Shown one piece after another: positions 50,465 to 60,255 of a stretch of DNA of 64,000 nucleotides; within the stretch, counting starts at the first letter, position 1, and every line of letters begins with the position of its first letter. The notes beneath the pieces are model-generated. The model was not told where the DNA came from. It was given only the letters and a program-made list of their open reading frames with translations, and made no database searches. This stretch comes from Desulfomonilia bacterium. GTDB lineage: Bacteria; Desulfobacterota; Desulfomonilia; UBA1062. Location: the NCBI GenBank assembly GCA_963664325.2, contig CAXXDQ010000007.1:224001-288000 (forward strand). The letters run 5' to 3'. The position numbers and the translations under genes were made by a program.

Positions 50465-51547
50465 TCAGCGAAGTGCCGATGAAAGAACAGGCCACATGAG
50501 GTCCATCCTTTTCTCAGTCGCCGCCGGTCTGAATACAAGCTGCCTTGCATTTGAATAAATCAGGTTGTGCATTTTAAGCGATTTCAACTGCGGGTTTTTC
50601 CTGACATCAGATGCGGCCCTGTCCCAGTCACCGTATTCAAGGGCAAGGGCCCCGGCAGCACCGCATGCATAGGCTATCAGGAAAGACGTCCTGATGCCGC
50701 TGCCGCCCCTTGCCTGTACATGGCCGAGTGCATCCCCAGCGGCAAAAAGGCCTTTTGCCGGCATGCATTCCGTGATCATCCCTCCCATGGGAATAAATGT
50801 CCGGAGGCTGTATTCTACAACTGAGCCTTTTATCCTTTCAGAAAACACTCTGTGATAACTGCAAAATTCTTCTAGTCCCGGCAGCCAGTTGCCCGAAATG
50901 CCGAGAATAATTATTTCAGCCTCGGCTTTACCGCGCGGGAATATACAGCCCACGGCAAGTTTCCCGGCTTCCGCATGAAAATGATATTCAAGCCTGTCTT
51001 CAGGTCCTCCATAGTTGGTTAAAAGCCATTTCGCGGCAGGCCTGTCTATTTTCGAGCGGTCAATCCCGATCAGGGTAGAAACAGGGTCATCTATGCCGCC
51101 GCAGGAAAATATAGCGTCTGCGGAGCGATCCTCACGGGACACCCTCACACCACGGGCGCTTCCCTTTTCAATTATTATCCCTTCAACTTCCGTTCCAGCA
51201 TGAATCCTTGCCCCGGATGCTTCCGCCCTTCCAGCAATCCCTTTTATCAAGTCCTGCCATTCTATGATCAGGTTGTATTCGGAGATCGTTCTATCGACAG
51301 ATCTCTTTCCGGAATGTGAATAGTAACGGCGTTTGTTTACCCGGTGTATTGTCTGTGATTCGAAGAAGCCTTTTCCCAGCAGCGCTTCCATTTCAGGGCT
51401 GAAGCGGATCGTCTCCCCCCTTCTCTGTCGCCCTGTTTCAGGCTGCTTATCGAAAACATCAACTTCGATTCCTGCACGGGCAAGCGCAAGCGCTGCTCCC
51501 AAACCGGCGGGACCCGCTCCGATGACAATTGCTTTTTTATTCTTCAT
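50465..51547 (-). CDS. FAD-dependent oxidoreductase, geranylgeranyl reductase-like
   Basis: IGAGPAG, IFP, AGDA.G..GGSGI. Confidence 0.8.
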   Translation of the reverse strand: MKNKKAIVIGAGPAGLGAALALARAGIEVDVFDKQPETGRQRRGETIRFSPEMEALLGKGFFESQTIHRVNKRRYYSHSGKRSVDRTISEYNLIIEWQDLIKGIAGRAEASGARIHAGTEVEGIIIEKGSARGVRVSREDRSADAIFSCGGIDDPVSTLIGIDRSKIDRPAAKWLLTNYGGPEDRLEYHFHAEAGKLAVGCIFPRGKAEAEIIILGISGNWLPGLEEFCSYHRVFSERIKGSVVEYSLRTFIPMGGMITECMPAKGLFAAGDALGHVQARGGSGIRTSFLIAYACGAAGALALEYGDWDRAASDVRKNPQLKSLKMHNLIYSNARQLVFRPAATEKRMDLMWPVLSSALR

Positions 51548-51624
51548 CGGCAAAGATTACCAATATGCAATTTGCCTTGTCAATTTGTTATATGTTAATT
51601 GTGCCTTAACTGGGAGAAACAGTT

Positions 51625-53193
51625 ATGGAAAAGATCGATAAAAAAACATGGCTTCTGATACTTGGAGCCCTGTTCCTTGTTCTGCTTCCCGGCATCAATC
51701 ACGGAATATGGCGTCCCGACGAACCATACATGGCCGGCATCTGCTCTGAAATGGCCCGCACGGGCGATTTTGCCGTTCCCAAGCTCAACGGCGTTCCATT
51801 CCTGGAAAAACCCCCTCTATACTACTGGGTTGCAGCCGCATTCGGCATGGTTCTGGGTTCAACTTATGATGTCCCTTTCAGGCTTGCTTCGACGCTTTTT
51901 TCAATACTTACCCTTGTTACCGTTTTCTTCGGTATCAGGAAAAAGACCTCTGACTTGACGGCCGCAATGGCCTGTCTTGTACTTTCAACTCTCTGGCAGT
52001 TTTTCGATCAGTCACGCTGGATTCTCGTCGACATATCGCTTGTTTTCGGAGTGGCTCTTTCCATGATTGCATGGTTCAGGATTACGAATGAAGGCAAATG
52101 GACCGATTCCATGCTGCTCGGGATAGGAACCGCAATTGCCTTTATGGCAAAGGGATTTGTCGGACCTGCAATGATTGTATCTGCAATTGTTGTGGATATA
52201 CTCAGGAAACCTGATTTCAGGCTTATCATCAAATCAAGACCGCATATAGCATTTATATTTTTCATGCTGCCGATCGGGATATGGATAGCCGAGCTCCTGA
52301 GGTCCGGCGGGTGGCAGTTTGTCCGGGAAGTTATTGTGGTGAATAATATCATGCGCTTTACCGGCGCACCCGAAGGAGCGGCACTGGGCCACATGCACGG
52401 TCCTTTTTATTACCTGCCCAAGGTTCCTTCAGAAATGATACCCTGGACCCTGATAGGCATACCCGCTTTCATTGCATCTTTTAAGAAATTCAGAAGGGAC
52501 AGCTATCTTCCCTGGTTTGTAGGCCCGCTGCTGCTGCTCTCTTTCTCGTCAGCTAAGAGAGGGCTCTATCTGGCGCCTCTTGCGCCGGCTGCCGCATGTA
52601 TAATCGCATCATGGCTTTCCTCGCCTCCGGAAAAAAAATGGGAAGAGCTCATGTTGAAAATAACATGGGGTTTTGTCGCTGCCGGTGCCCTGGCTCCGTT
52701 TGCAGGGGTATTCCTGGATGTTCCTGTCTGGGGAATACTCATGGGTATAATATCGGTCGGCAGTGTTTTCTATATCTATAGGTACAGCGGGCTCAAGATG
52801 TCCAACCTGGCGCTGTGCATTTCCGTTTGCGTGGTGATGGCTTCAACCATGTTTGTCTTTTACATATATCAGCAGCCCGGAGAGGATTATCTCCCGTTTG
52901 CAAAAAGGGCCCTTGCCCTCTCGGACGGAAAAGAAATAACGCTGCTTGCGGACGATGAGGTGTTTGAAGGTGTCATGCCCATGATAACGGGCAAATATTT
53001 TAAGAACGCGCCAAAACCTGACCATATTACCAACGAAGGTTACTATATCTGGGCCGACAGCAGGGAAGACAACATACTGCGCAAGGTCAGAAAACTTTAC
53101 AATGTGGATGTCGTGCTCGACAAGAGGATCGGGAGAAAAAATGCCAGGATGGCATATATTGTTCCCCGGTCTCCATCAGAGGTAAATAATTAG
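51625..53193 (+). CDS. ArnT-like glycosyltransferase (GT83/PMT_2)
   Basis: PDEP, EM..GD..P.LNG..FLEKPPLYYW, MAKG, H..P.YY, SSAKR..Y. Confidence 0.88.
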   Translation: MEKIDKKTWLLILGALFLVLLPGINHGIWRPDEPYMAGICSEMARTGDFAVPKLNGVPFLEKPPLYYWVAAAFGMVLGSTYDVPFRLASTLFSILTLVTVFFGIRKKTSDLTAAMACLVLSTLWQFFDQSRWILVDISLVFGVALSMIAWFRITNEGKWTDSMLLGIGTAIAFMAKGFVGPAMIVSAIVVDILRKPDFRLIIKSRPHIAFIFFMLPIGIWIAELLRSGGWQFVREVIVVNNIMRFTGAPEGAALGHMHGPFYYLPKVPSEMIPWTLIGIPAFIASFKKFRRDSYLPWFVGPLLLLSFSSAKRGLYLAPLAPAAACIIASWLSSPPEKKWEELMLKITWGFVAAGALAPFAGVFLDVPVWGILMGIISVGSVFYIYRYSGLKMSNLALCISVCVVMASTMFVFYIYQQPGEDYLPFAKRALALSDGKEITLLADDEVFEGVMPMITGKYFKNAPKPDHITNEGYYIWADSREDNILRKVRKLYNVDVVLDKRIGRKNARMAYIVPRSPSEVNN

Positions 53194-53194
53194 G

Positions 53195-53863
53195 ATGAAG
53201 ATACTTGTAATCGAAGACGATGCAAAAACAGCATCATTCATTATCAAAGGTCTTTCACAGGCCGGGTATCTGGCGGACCATGCACCCGAGGGCGAAACCG
53301 GCCTGTTCATGGCGCAGACGGTATCTTATGATGCTGCGGTCGTCGATATAATGCTGCCCATACTCGATGGCATCTCCCTTGTACAGAGGCTGAGGGCGGA
53401 CGGAGTCCTGACGCCCGTGATATTTCTGAGCGCAAAAGGCTCGACCGAGGACCGGGTAAAAGGGCTTCAGGCGGGCGGCGATGACTACCTGCCCAAGCCG
53501 TTTGCATTCTCCGAGCTCCTTGCCAGACTCCAGGCCATACTGCGCAGGTCATCTGCAGCGGCAGAACCGACAATGCTGACTATAGCCGACCTGAGTCTGG
53601 ATCTTATAAAAAGAAAGGCCTTCAGGGCAGGCCTTGAAATCGAACTTCAGACCAAGGAGTTCGCCCTTCTTGAATACCTTATGAGGAACAAGGGCCGGGT
53701 CATATCAAAGACCATGATTATAGAAAATGTCTGGAACTATAATTTCGATCCGCAGACCAATGTGGTCGAGGCCAGGATATGCCATCTCAGGGACAAGATT
53801 GACCGCGATCATGAGCACAAGCTTATCCAGACGATCCGCGGCGTGGGGTACATGATTGAGTAA
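53195..53863 (+). CDS. OmpR family response regulator
   Basis: IEDD, DIMLP, GGDDYLPKPF, winged HTH with TIRGVGY. Confidence 0.95.
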   Translation: MKILVIEDDAKTASFIIKGLSQAGYLADHAPEGETGLFMAQTVSYDAAVVDIMLPILDGISLVQRLRADGVLTPVIFLSAKGSTEDRVKGLQAGGDDYLPKPFAFSELLARLQAILRRSSAAAEPTMLTIADLSLDLIKRKAFRAGLEIELQTKEFALLEYLMRNKGRVISKTMIIENVWNYNFDPQTNVVEARICHLRDKIDRDHEHKLIQTIRGVGYMIE

Positions 53864-55247
53864 AAACCCTGTCAGGACTTATGGAGTCGCTGTTAAAATA
53901 GCAGTTTCATTTGCCGTGGCTTTCGTCATCGTTTCAACCGCTGCCTTCGGCATTTTGTATATCGCCCTTTCCTCAAACCTTCAGGCCCGGCTTGACGATA
54001 TTTTAAAAAAGCAGGCCTCCGACCTGAAACTGCTTTATGATTCCGGCAACAGGAACCTTTTCTCTGAAGAGATCAACAGGCAGGCCAGGTATGAAGGCGT
54101 CGACAGGATGTTCGTCGTCGTCATGAACCATAATTCAGGACCTGTGATCGGGACCGACATGGCTCCCTGGAAGGGAATTCCCGGATCGCTTCTCTCAAAG
54201 GGGAATCTCCAACAAAAAGGGGAAATGTTCCTTTCATTGGCCGTTCCGGAACGAAGGCATCAGGTTAGAATCATTACAAACCTTTTGAATGATGGGAACT
54301 GTATTGCCGTAGGAAGGACACTCAGGGACAACGACGAAGTCATGGAAGATTTCAGGGAGGTTTTCTCCGCGGCCTTTTCCATTATTCTCCTGATGGGCGC
54401 GTTAGCGGCATGGTTTGTGGCAAAACGGGCCATGCAGGGGGTTGAGCGCGTCACCAAGACAGCCGGAATTATCGGCACTGAGGGACTGTCAAAAAGGGTC
54501 CCGGTCGGTAATGAAGGCCGCGAAATTGCGGAGCTTGCAAATGCCTTCAACGGCATGCTCAAGCGTATCGAGGCCCTGATTGCAGATATAAGGGCGGTAA
54601 CGGACAATATCGCCCATGACCTGAAAAGTCCGCTGACAAGGATCCGCGGAATTGCCGAGACGACCCTCACAGGTTCACAGGATCTGCCCGAATACAGGGA
54701 GATGGCCGGCAATGTCATTGAGGAGTGCGACAGGATGGTCTCCATGATCAACACCATGCTCGAGATTGCGCGGACAGATGCCGGGATCGGCAAGCCTGGC
54801 GCATTGATGGTAGACATCTCTGCCATCCTGAAGGATATAACCGAGATATACGAGGCGCTGGCGCAGGATAAGGGAATAAGGCTTTCCCTTGATATATCTG
54901 AACCCTTGCCCGAACTCCCGGGTGACAAGTCAATGCTTCAGCGCGCCATGGCAAACCTTGTTGATAACGCTGTGAAATACACGCCTGCCGGCGGAAATGT
55001 TACCATTTCCGCAGCATCGGATATGAATAAGACCATTGTTTCGGTAATGGACACTGGTCCGGGAATATCCGAAACAGACCTTCCCCATATCTTTGAAAGA
55101 TTTTACAGAGGCGAGAAGAGCCGTTCGACACCCGGAAGCGGCCTCGGACTGAGCCTTGTCATGTCAGTGGCCAAGGCCCACGGAGGAGACGTTACTGTGT
55201 CAACATCTGATAAAGGAAGCACATTCAACCTTAGTCTCCCTCTATAG
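53856..55247 (+). CDS. HAMP sensor histidine kinase
   Basis: Two TM helices, HAMP, AHDLKSPL, NLVDNAVKY, DTGPGI, GSGLGL. Confidence 0.94.
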   Translation: MSKNPVRTYGVAVKIAVSFAVAFVIVSTAAFGILYIALSSNLQARLDDILKKQASDLKLLYDSGNRNLFSEEINRQARYEGVDRMFVVVMNHNSGPVIGTDMAPWKGIPGSLLSKGNLQQKGEMFLSLAVPERRHQVRIITNLLNDGNCIAVGRTLRDNDEVMEDFREVFSAAFSIILLMGALAAWFVAKRAMQGVERVTKTAGIIGTEGLSKRVPVGNEGREIAELANAFNGMLKRIEALIADIRAVTDNIAHDLKSPLTRIRGIAETTLTGSQDLPEYREMAGNVIEECDRMVSMINTMLEIARTDAGIGKPGALMVDISAILKDITEIYEALAQDKGIRLSLDISEPLPELPGDKSMLQRAMANLVDNAVKYTPAGGNVTISAASDMNKTIVSVMDTGPGISETDLPHIFERFYRGEKSRSTPGSGLGLSLVMSVAKAHGGDVTVSTSDKGSTFNLSLPL

Positions 55248-55396
55248 TGACAAAACCCCATGCTGTTTTGTTGGATTTCATTCGTCAACAAAATCCGCAG
55301 GCTTATGCCGATACTGCGGTCGCATGATCGAATCAAGTCTCGCTCCATATAATCCGATACAATATAATTATAAAAATGGGACAGGAGGGGTGCAAA

Positions 55397-56836
55397 ATGA
55401 CGGAAACTCTGAAAGCATCGTCATGGGTGATGGTATTTTTTCTTGCCTGCCTGTGTTTTCTTGCGGGAACGATGTTTACTGGATGTTCGGAATCAAACAA
55501 CAACGGCGAATCTCTCCTCGGTAACACAACATTTACATACACAATCTCCAACCACACGGGATACGATATAGTCGTAAGGCATGTGAACAGGGATCGCTAC
55601 GACTGGTCGGGAGGTTATTCACCCCAGGAGAATTTCAACAATGTCCGTATACCGAGCAAGATGGCGGCCTCCAGGGTAGAGGTCTCGGCAAAATACCGCT
55701 CTGATTCAGGCAGGGAGGACATCTACCTCGACGTATATGAAAAGGGGACGGATAATTTTCTGTTCACTTCAAATGTGGACAATTTCTATGTCGCCAACAA
55801 CGCCTGCCACAATTCGAACTATGTTATGGAGGTCATATTCAGCGACCCGAGACTGAGAACGATCTGGATGCATGCCTCAGGAGAATCATTTCTTAACGTA
55901 TATCCCAAGACACCGGGCGGAAGCGATTGGATGGGAGGCCTTGATCAGAACCTGACATTGGCCCAGATAGCGATTCCCGGAACGCATGACAGCGGCGCGT
56001 TTAATTCTTCCAGGGCCTGTGAATGCCAGTCGAACACCCCTGTCCAGCAGCTGGAGATGGGTGTCAGGTCGTTTGACTTCAGGCTTGCCTGCAATTATGA
56101 CGAGCTCGTCCTGGTTCACGGAAACATACAAAGCTGGGGCTGCAACTTCAACTTCACGCATGTGGCGAAAAGCTATCTGCTCGGATTCCGGGATTTCCTG
56201 AATAGCCATCCGACCGAGTCGATTATGATCCACATGAAAAAGGAATCCGATCCGCTGACCGAATGTTACTTTTCAGATGTGGGAGAAGGCCTTTACGATC
56301 TCCTCAATGACATGGAGTCGGAAGGCCTTAAGATTATGAAGGTCTATGACAGGTTCCCGACTCTGGCTGAGGCTGCAGGAAAGGTCCTTATATTCCATGA
56401 ACCTGATGTGGACGGGTGTTGTGCTTATCCCATAAGGCTCGATTGGGCCAGCGAGACAAAGCGCCAGGAGGTTGACTGGGGAAGCAGCGGAGCTAAGTTC
56501 ATAATCCAGGATGCATACAAGAACAATTCATCCGACAAATGGGATATAGTCAGGAACATACTGGGAGAATCATCAGAGAACAATGATCCGCAAACCCTTT
56601 ACTACAATTATACCAGTTGCGTTGCGGGCGGCTCGCCGAATCCTGCCGGAGAGGCTGAAAACATAAATGAATGGCTGGCAACATGGCTCAGCAGATACCC
56701 GGGAGTCAAGCCGAAGGGCTGCATTATTATGGACTACATCAACTGCGGCTCGTTCGGAGGCACGGGCGTGACCTGGTACTGTTCATCGGGAGGGCATGAC
56801 CTTATGCCCTTCATGATTTACAATGAAAACTACTGA
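55397..56836 (+). CDS. Lipoprotein with PI-specific phospholipase C X domain
   Basis: Lipobox FTGC; IPGTHDSG, QLEMGVRSFDFR, LVHG, FLNSHPTE, IQD, IMDY. Start ATG 55397 after AGGAGG. Confidence 0.85.
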   Translation: MTETLKASSWVMVFFLACLCFLAGTMFTGCSESNNNGESLLGNTTFTYTISNHTGYDIVVRHVNRDRYDWSGGYSPQENFNNVRIPSKMAASRVEVSAKYRSDSGREDIYLDVYEKGTDNFLFTSNVDNFYVANNACHNSNYVMEVIFSDPRLRTIWMHASGESFLNVYPKTPGGSDWMGGLDQNLTLAQIAIPGTHDSGAFNSSRACECQSNTPVQQLEMGVRSFDFRLACNYDELVLVHGNIQSWGCNFNFTHVAKSYLLGFRDFLNSHPTESIMIHMKKESDPLTECYFSDVGEGLYDLLNDMESEGLKIMKVYDRFPTLAEAAGKVLIFHEPDVDGCCAYPIRLDWASETKRQEVDWGSSGAKFIIQDAYKNNSSDKWDIVRNILGESSENNDPQTLYYNYTSCVAGGSPNPAGEAENINEWLATWLSRYPGVKPKGCIIMDYINCGSFGGTGVTWYCSSGGHDLMPFMIYNENY

Positions 56837-56964
56837 TCAGGCTGTTTGGAGGAAAAGATGTCTTAAAAAGGTCTTCAGGCAGATCGCAAGAACAGCGCCT
56901 GCTGATGCCTTTCGTTCGGCGAAAGGTCGTATCAATACACATGATTTCATGATAATTATTAATC

Positions 56965-57153
56965 ATGATTAAAAAGGTTATTCGCAAAGGCAACCTGCAG
57001 AATATGCAGTATGCAAAAGACGATCTCTCGTACTGGCTGAGTCGACCAGAGGATGAACGGGTAGCAGCCGTCGATTATCTGAGAAAGCAATACTATGGAA
57101 GTGCAGAAAGACTTCAAAGAGTTGCTCGAGTTATTCAACGGGCACAAAGTTGA
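56965..57153 (+). CDS. Small protein of the type paired with nucleotidyltransferases (antitoxin-like)
   Basis: DLSYWLSRPEDERVAAV..LR..RLQRV pattern; overlaps the downstream NTase gene. Confidence 0.65.
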   Translation: MIKKVIRKGNLQNMQYAKDDLSYWLSRPEDERVAAVDYLRKQYYGSAERLQRVARVIQRAQS

Positions 57154-57339
57154 ATACATGATTGTCGGGGCTTATGCTCTGGCATATCATGAAGCGCCTC
57201 GTTTTACAGGTGATATAGATATGTTTGTTCAACCTTCTCTGGAAAATGCAAAGAAAATCTTATCTGCACTGGCTGATTTTGGTGTCGAAAAAAAGATTTG
57301 GCAGACCTTGAATCTCTGGGTGAAGTGATTGATATATAG
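57095..57339 (+). pseudogene. Nucleotidyltransferase with internal deletion
   Basis: N-terminus IVGAYALAYH..PRFTGDID joined out of frame at 57284-57286 to the C-terminal RKKDLADLESLGE. Confidence 0.75.
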
Positions 57340-57429
57340 TTAACATATCGAAAGCAAAAGCCTGTTTTTTGGCGCATCATCAAGAAAAGGTATCAGGCAC
57401 CTTTTCTTGCTTAAAAGGATTTGATTAAA

Positions 57430-58242
57430 ATGACAAAACAAATAGGGATTTTGTACTTCTCCCCAACAGGTACAACAAAAAAAGTATGTACGGCCATGGC
57501 TATGGGAATGGGAACAAAAGATTTTCAGGTTTTTGATATGACTAATCATAAAACCAGAGCATCCATAATTGATAATACCAAAACTGTTTTTGAAAATATA
57601 GATCATTTGATTGTCGGTGCTCCTGTCTATGCGGGTAAGCTTCCACTTCAAGTTTTGGAATGTCTCAGAGCTATTGATGGAAACGGAAAAGAATCAAGTG
57701 CGATAGTATTATATGGTAATAGAGACTTCGGCATTGCTCTACATGTTATGGTGAAATTGCTTTGTGAACATGGTTTCAATGTTACTTCTGCCGGTGCTTT
57801 TATCGGTCAACATTCATATTCTGATATTGTACCCGTCGCAATTGGACGACCAGACGAATCAGACTTGGAAAAAGCACGTCAACTAGGAATAAAAAGTCTG
57901 AGTACTAATATCTATCTGAGCCCAAGCGATATTCCTGTTCAACTTGATAAATCTTCAAAATCTGACAAATATCCATCTATTAAACCTTTGTTTATTGAAG
58001 CAATGTGTATTCAATGTGGAAAGTGTGCAAAAAAATGTCCGGTTGGATTGCTGTCCTCTGATACGGGAATGTATATTAATCGACAGGCCCAAAAAAAGTG
58101 CATTGGTTGTATGGCATGTGTGAATGTTTGTATGCAAAAAGCCAAAGTTGCGAGGGTTAATCCGTTCATTAAACTGGTAATGAAACTAATTCTTGGAAAA
58201 GCTTCAAGAGAACGAAAAGAGCCTTTGACTATTTACGCTTGA
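57430..58242 (+). CDS. EFR1-type flavodoxin-ferredoxin fusion
   Basis: YFSPTGTT, PVYAG, YGNR, GRPD..D and two 4Fe-4S motifs; AT-rich. Confidence 0.88.
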   Translation: MTKQIGILYFSPTGTTKKVCTAMAMGMGTKDFQVFDMTNHKTRASIIDNTKTVFENIDHLIVGAPVYAGKLPLQVLECLRAIDGNGKESSAIVLYGNRDFGIALHVMVKLLCEHGFNVTSAGAFIGQHSYSDIVPVAIGRPDESDLEKARQLGIKSLSTNIYLSPSDIPVQLDKSSKSDKYPSIKPLFIEAMCIQCGKCAKKCPVGLLSSDTGMYINRQAQKKCIGCMACVNVCMQKAKVARVNPFIKLVMKLILGKASRERKEPLTIYA

Positions 58243-58356
58243 GATAATACTGGAGAAGAAAAAGATCATTATAATTGTATTTAACTAAGTCAATCCATCC
58301 GATCGATGATGCTCCTGCTAATTTTTTAGTTATCTTCTTAATGGAAAAAACTGCAT

Positions 58357-58480
58357 TACAGGCCGTCAGAACAAGGCAGACTGCGAAGCGACGAAGTCGA
58401 GAAATGAGGCGTACTTTTAGCGTACGCCGGAATGATGAGACAAGGAGCGACAAAGGTATGCAAAGTTATGGCGACCTGTA
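58357..58480. repeat. Palindromic REP/MITE-like element 1
   Basis: Arms TACAGGCCGTCAGAAC and GTTATGGCGACCTGTA (13/16 complementary); central GGCGTAC-N7-GTACGCC. Confidence 0.65.
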
Positions 58481-58481
58481 C

Positions 58482-58607
58482 AATCCGGTTTATATTCAAG
58501 ATGCTGCCTAGGAGGCCAGGAGGAAAGCGACGCAGGCATACTTTGACGTATGTCGAGGAGCTTTCGTACGCAGACGACGACGGCAGCGCTTGAATAGAAA
58601 CCGGATT
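58482..58607. repeat. Palindromic REP/MITE-like element 2
   Basis: Arms AATCCGGTTTATATTCAAGATGCTGCC and GGCAGCGCTTGAATAGAAACCGGATT; central GGCATAC-N6-GTATGTC. Confidence 0.7.
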
Positions 58608-58657
58608 ACTAAAAAATAATGTTCCGGCAATGATGAGGTCATGTTAATCTGTTATCG

Positions 58658-60253
58658 ATGCAAGTCATGGAAAATAGCATGAACAAAAGCAGCTATCTTA
58701 AGCTCACCGTGCTGGTCATTGTCTTATCGATGCAGCTTGTAGGTATTTTCGACCATTCCCTGTGGACGCCGGACGAGCCGCGCGTGGCCGAGATAGCCCG
58801 CGAAATGGCAGTTTCAGGTGATTATCTCATTCCCCATCACAGCAATGCGCCCTTCCTGGAACAGCCGCCTCTTTACTACATGCTTGCCGCCGTTTCCTAT
58901 GGCATATTCGGCACGGCAAACGAAGGTTTCGGCAGGCTTGCATCGGTAATATTCGCCCTTTCCACATTGGCCATCGTATTCTTCGGGACCAGAAGGCTCT
59001 TTTCAGAACGCGTTTCTCTGCTTGCCGTTCTCATCCTTTCAAGCTGCTATACGTTTTTTGAGGTATCTCATAAAATGCTTGTCGATTCGGCCCTCTGCCT
59101 TTTCATCAGTTCGGCGCTCTTTTCGTTCGCGCTCGCCGAGACAGGAAGGCTCAAACACGGCTACAAGTTCTTCTGGATAAGCCTGGGGCTTGCCTTCATG
59201 TCCAAGGGCATAATCGGCATGGCAATCCCGGGGGTTGCTGTCGCAGCCTATTATATATGGCAGGGCAGATTTCCGGACCATAAAAAAACATGGTTTTTCC
59301 AGGGATGCGCCGTAATCGTCCTCTTCATGGCCGCCTGGGCCTACATACTCTTTCAAAGGGGCGGCATCGAATTTATAAGGATTTTCTACCTGTATAATCA
59401 GGTCGGAAGATTTTTTAACATAGGCATATATTCAGGCGGTCATATGAGGCCCTTTTACTATTATCTGACGACAATCTGGGCCGATGCCGCGCCCTGGTCG
59501 CTGATCCTTGTCCCTTTCTTAATCTCCATCAGAAATTATACGAACGAGAAGAGGTTCATCGTCTCATGGTTCGCAGCAGGCTTTATCCTTTTGAGCATAG
59601 CTTCGACAAAACGCGGGCTTTATGTGCTGCCGCTCCTTCCCGCAATGGCTGTAATGGCGGCCCTGTGGATGGAGCACGTAATCGCTGAGGCGTCTTCAAA
59701 AATTGACAAGACCTTTCTATGGATCATCATCATCCTTGTTTCTGTATGTTCCATAGTGTTGCCTTTTGTGTATGTGATGAAGTTTGGCGGTGCATACCTG
59801 ACTGCCCTTCTGTTGCTTCTGACCGGTATCGCCCTGCCGATTTCAGTCTACAGGATATTCAAGCCCGGACTCGCCTTTGTGCTGGTAGTTTCATGGACAT
59901 TCCTGATCGTCCTCTGGGTGCCGTTTGTAATACCTGTTGTGGACACAATGAAGAGCTACAAGCCCCTCTTCACGGAAATCGGAAAACATGCCGGCGGTTC
60001 ACAGGTGACAGGTTATCAGCTTACCGAATCCCTTGAGGCGTTTTCGCCTTTTTATGGTAATTTTTATGTTAATAATATCGAAGACAGGAGTGTATTTGAA
60101 AAAATACTGAAAAGCCCTAAAACCTCTTATCTGATGATAATACCGGTCAGGACAGATGACGGGCTGAAACAGCTGATTAAAGACAGGTATACCCTCCTGA
60201 TTTCAGACACTGACAAGGATGTTCAAATCTGGAAACGCGGCAATAAGGATTGA
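58658..60253 (+). CDS. ArnT-like glycosyltransferase
   Basis: PDEPRVAEIAREM..GDYL.P, FLEQPPLYY, MSKG, H.RPFYYY, STKR..Y.LP. Confidence 0.88.
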   Translation: MQVMENSMNKSSYLKLTVLVIVLSMQLVGIFDHSLWTPDEPRVAEIAREMAVSGDYLIPHHSNAPFLEQPPLYYMLAAVSYGIFGTANEGFGRLASVIFALSTLAIVFFGTRRLFSERVSLLAVLILSSCYTFFEVSHKMLVDSALCLFISSALFSFALAETGRLKHGYKFFWISLGLAFMSKGIIGMAIPGVAVAAYYIWQGRFPDHKKTWFFQGCAVIVLFMAAWAYILFQRGGIEFIRIFYLYNQVGRFFNIGIYSGGHMRPFYYYLTTIWADAAPWSLILVPFLISIRNYTNEKRFIVSWFAAGFILLSIASTKRGLYVLPLLPAMAVMAALWMEHVIAEASSKIDKTFLWIIIILVSVCSIVLPFVYVMKFGGAYLTALLLLLTGIALPISVYRIFKPGLAFVLVVSWTFLIVLWVPFVIPVVDTMKSYKPLFTEIGKHAGGSQVTGYQLTESLEAFSPFYGNFYVNNIEDRSVFEKILKSPKTSYLMIIPVRTDDGLKQLIKDRYTLLISDTDKDVQIWKRGNKD

Positions 60254-60255
60254 GG

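Noticed and set aside
42784-54928. Long antisense ORFs (42784-43611, 45807-46517, 46315-47097, 54260-54928)
   Set aside because: Each lies opposite a well-supported gene and has no recognisable motifs.
56895-56935. Hammerhead-like CTGATG...CGAAA hairpin
   Set aside because: The core reads CTGATGC rather than CTGANGA and the GAAA is paired within the stem; more likely a simple hairpin or terminator after the PI-PLC gene.
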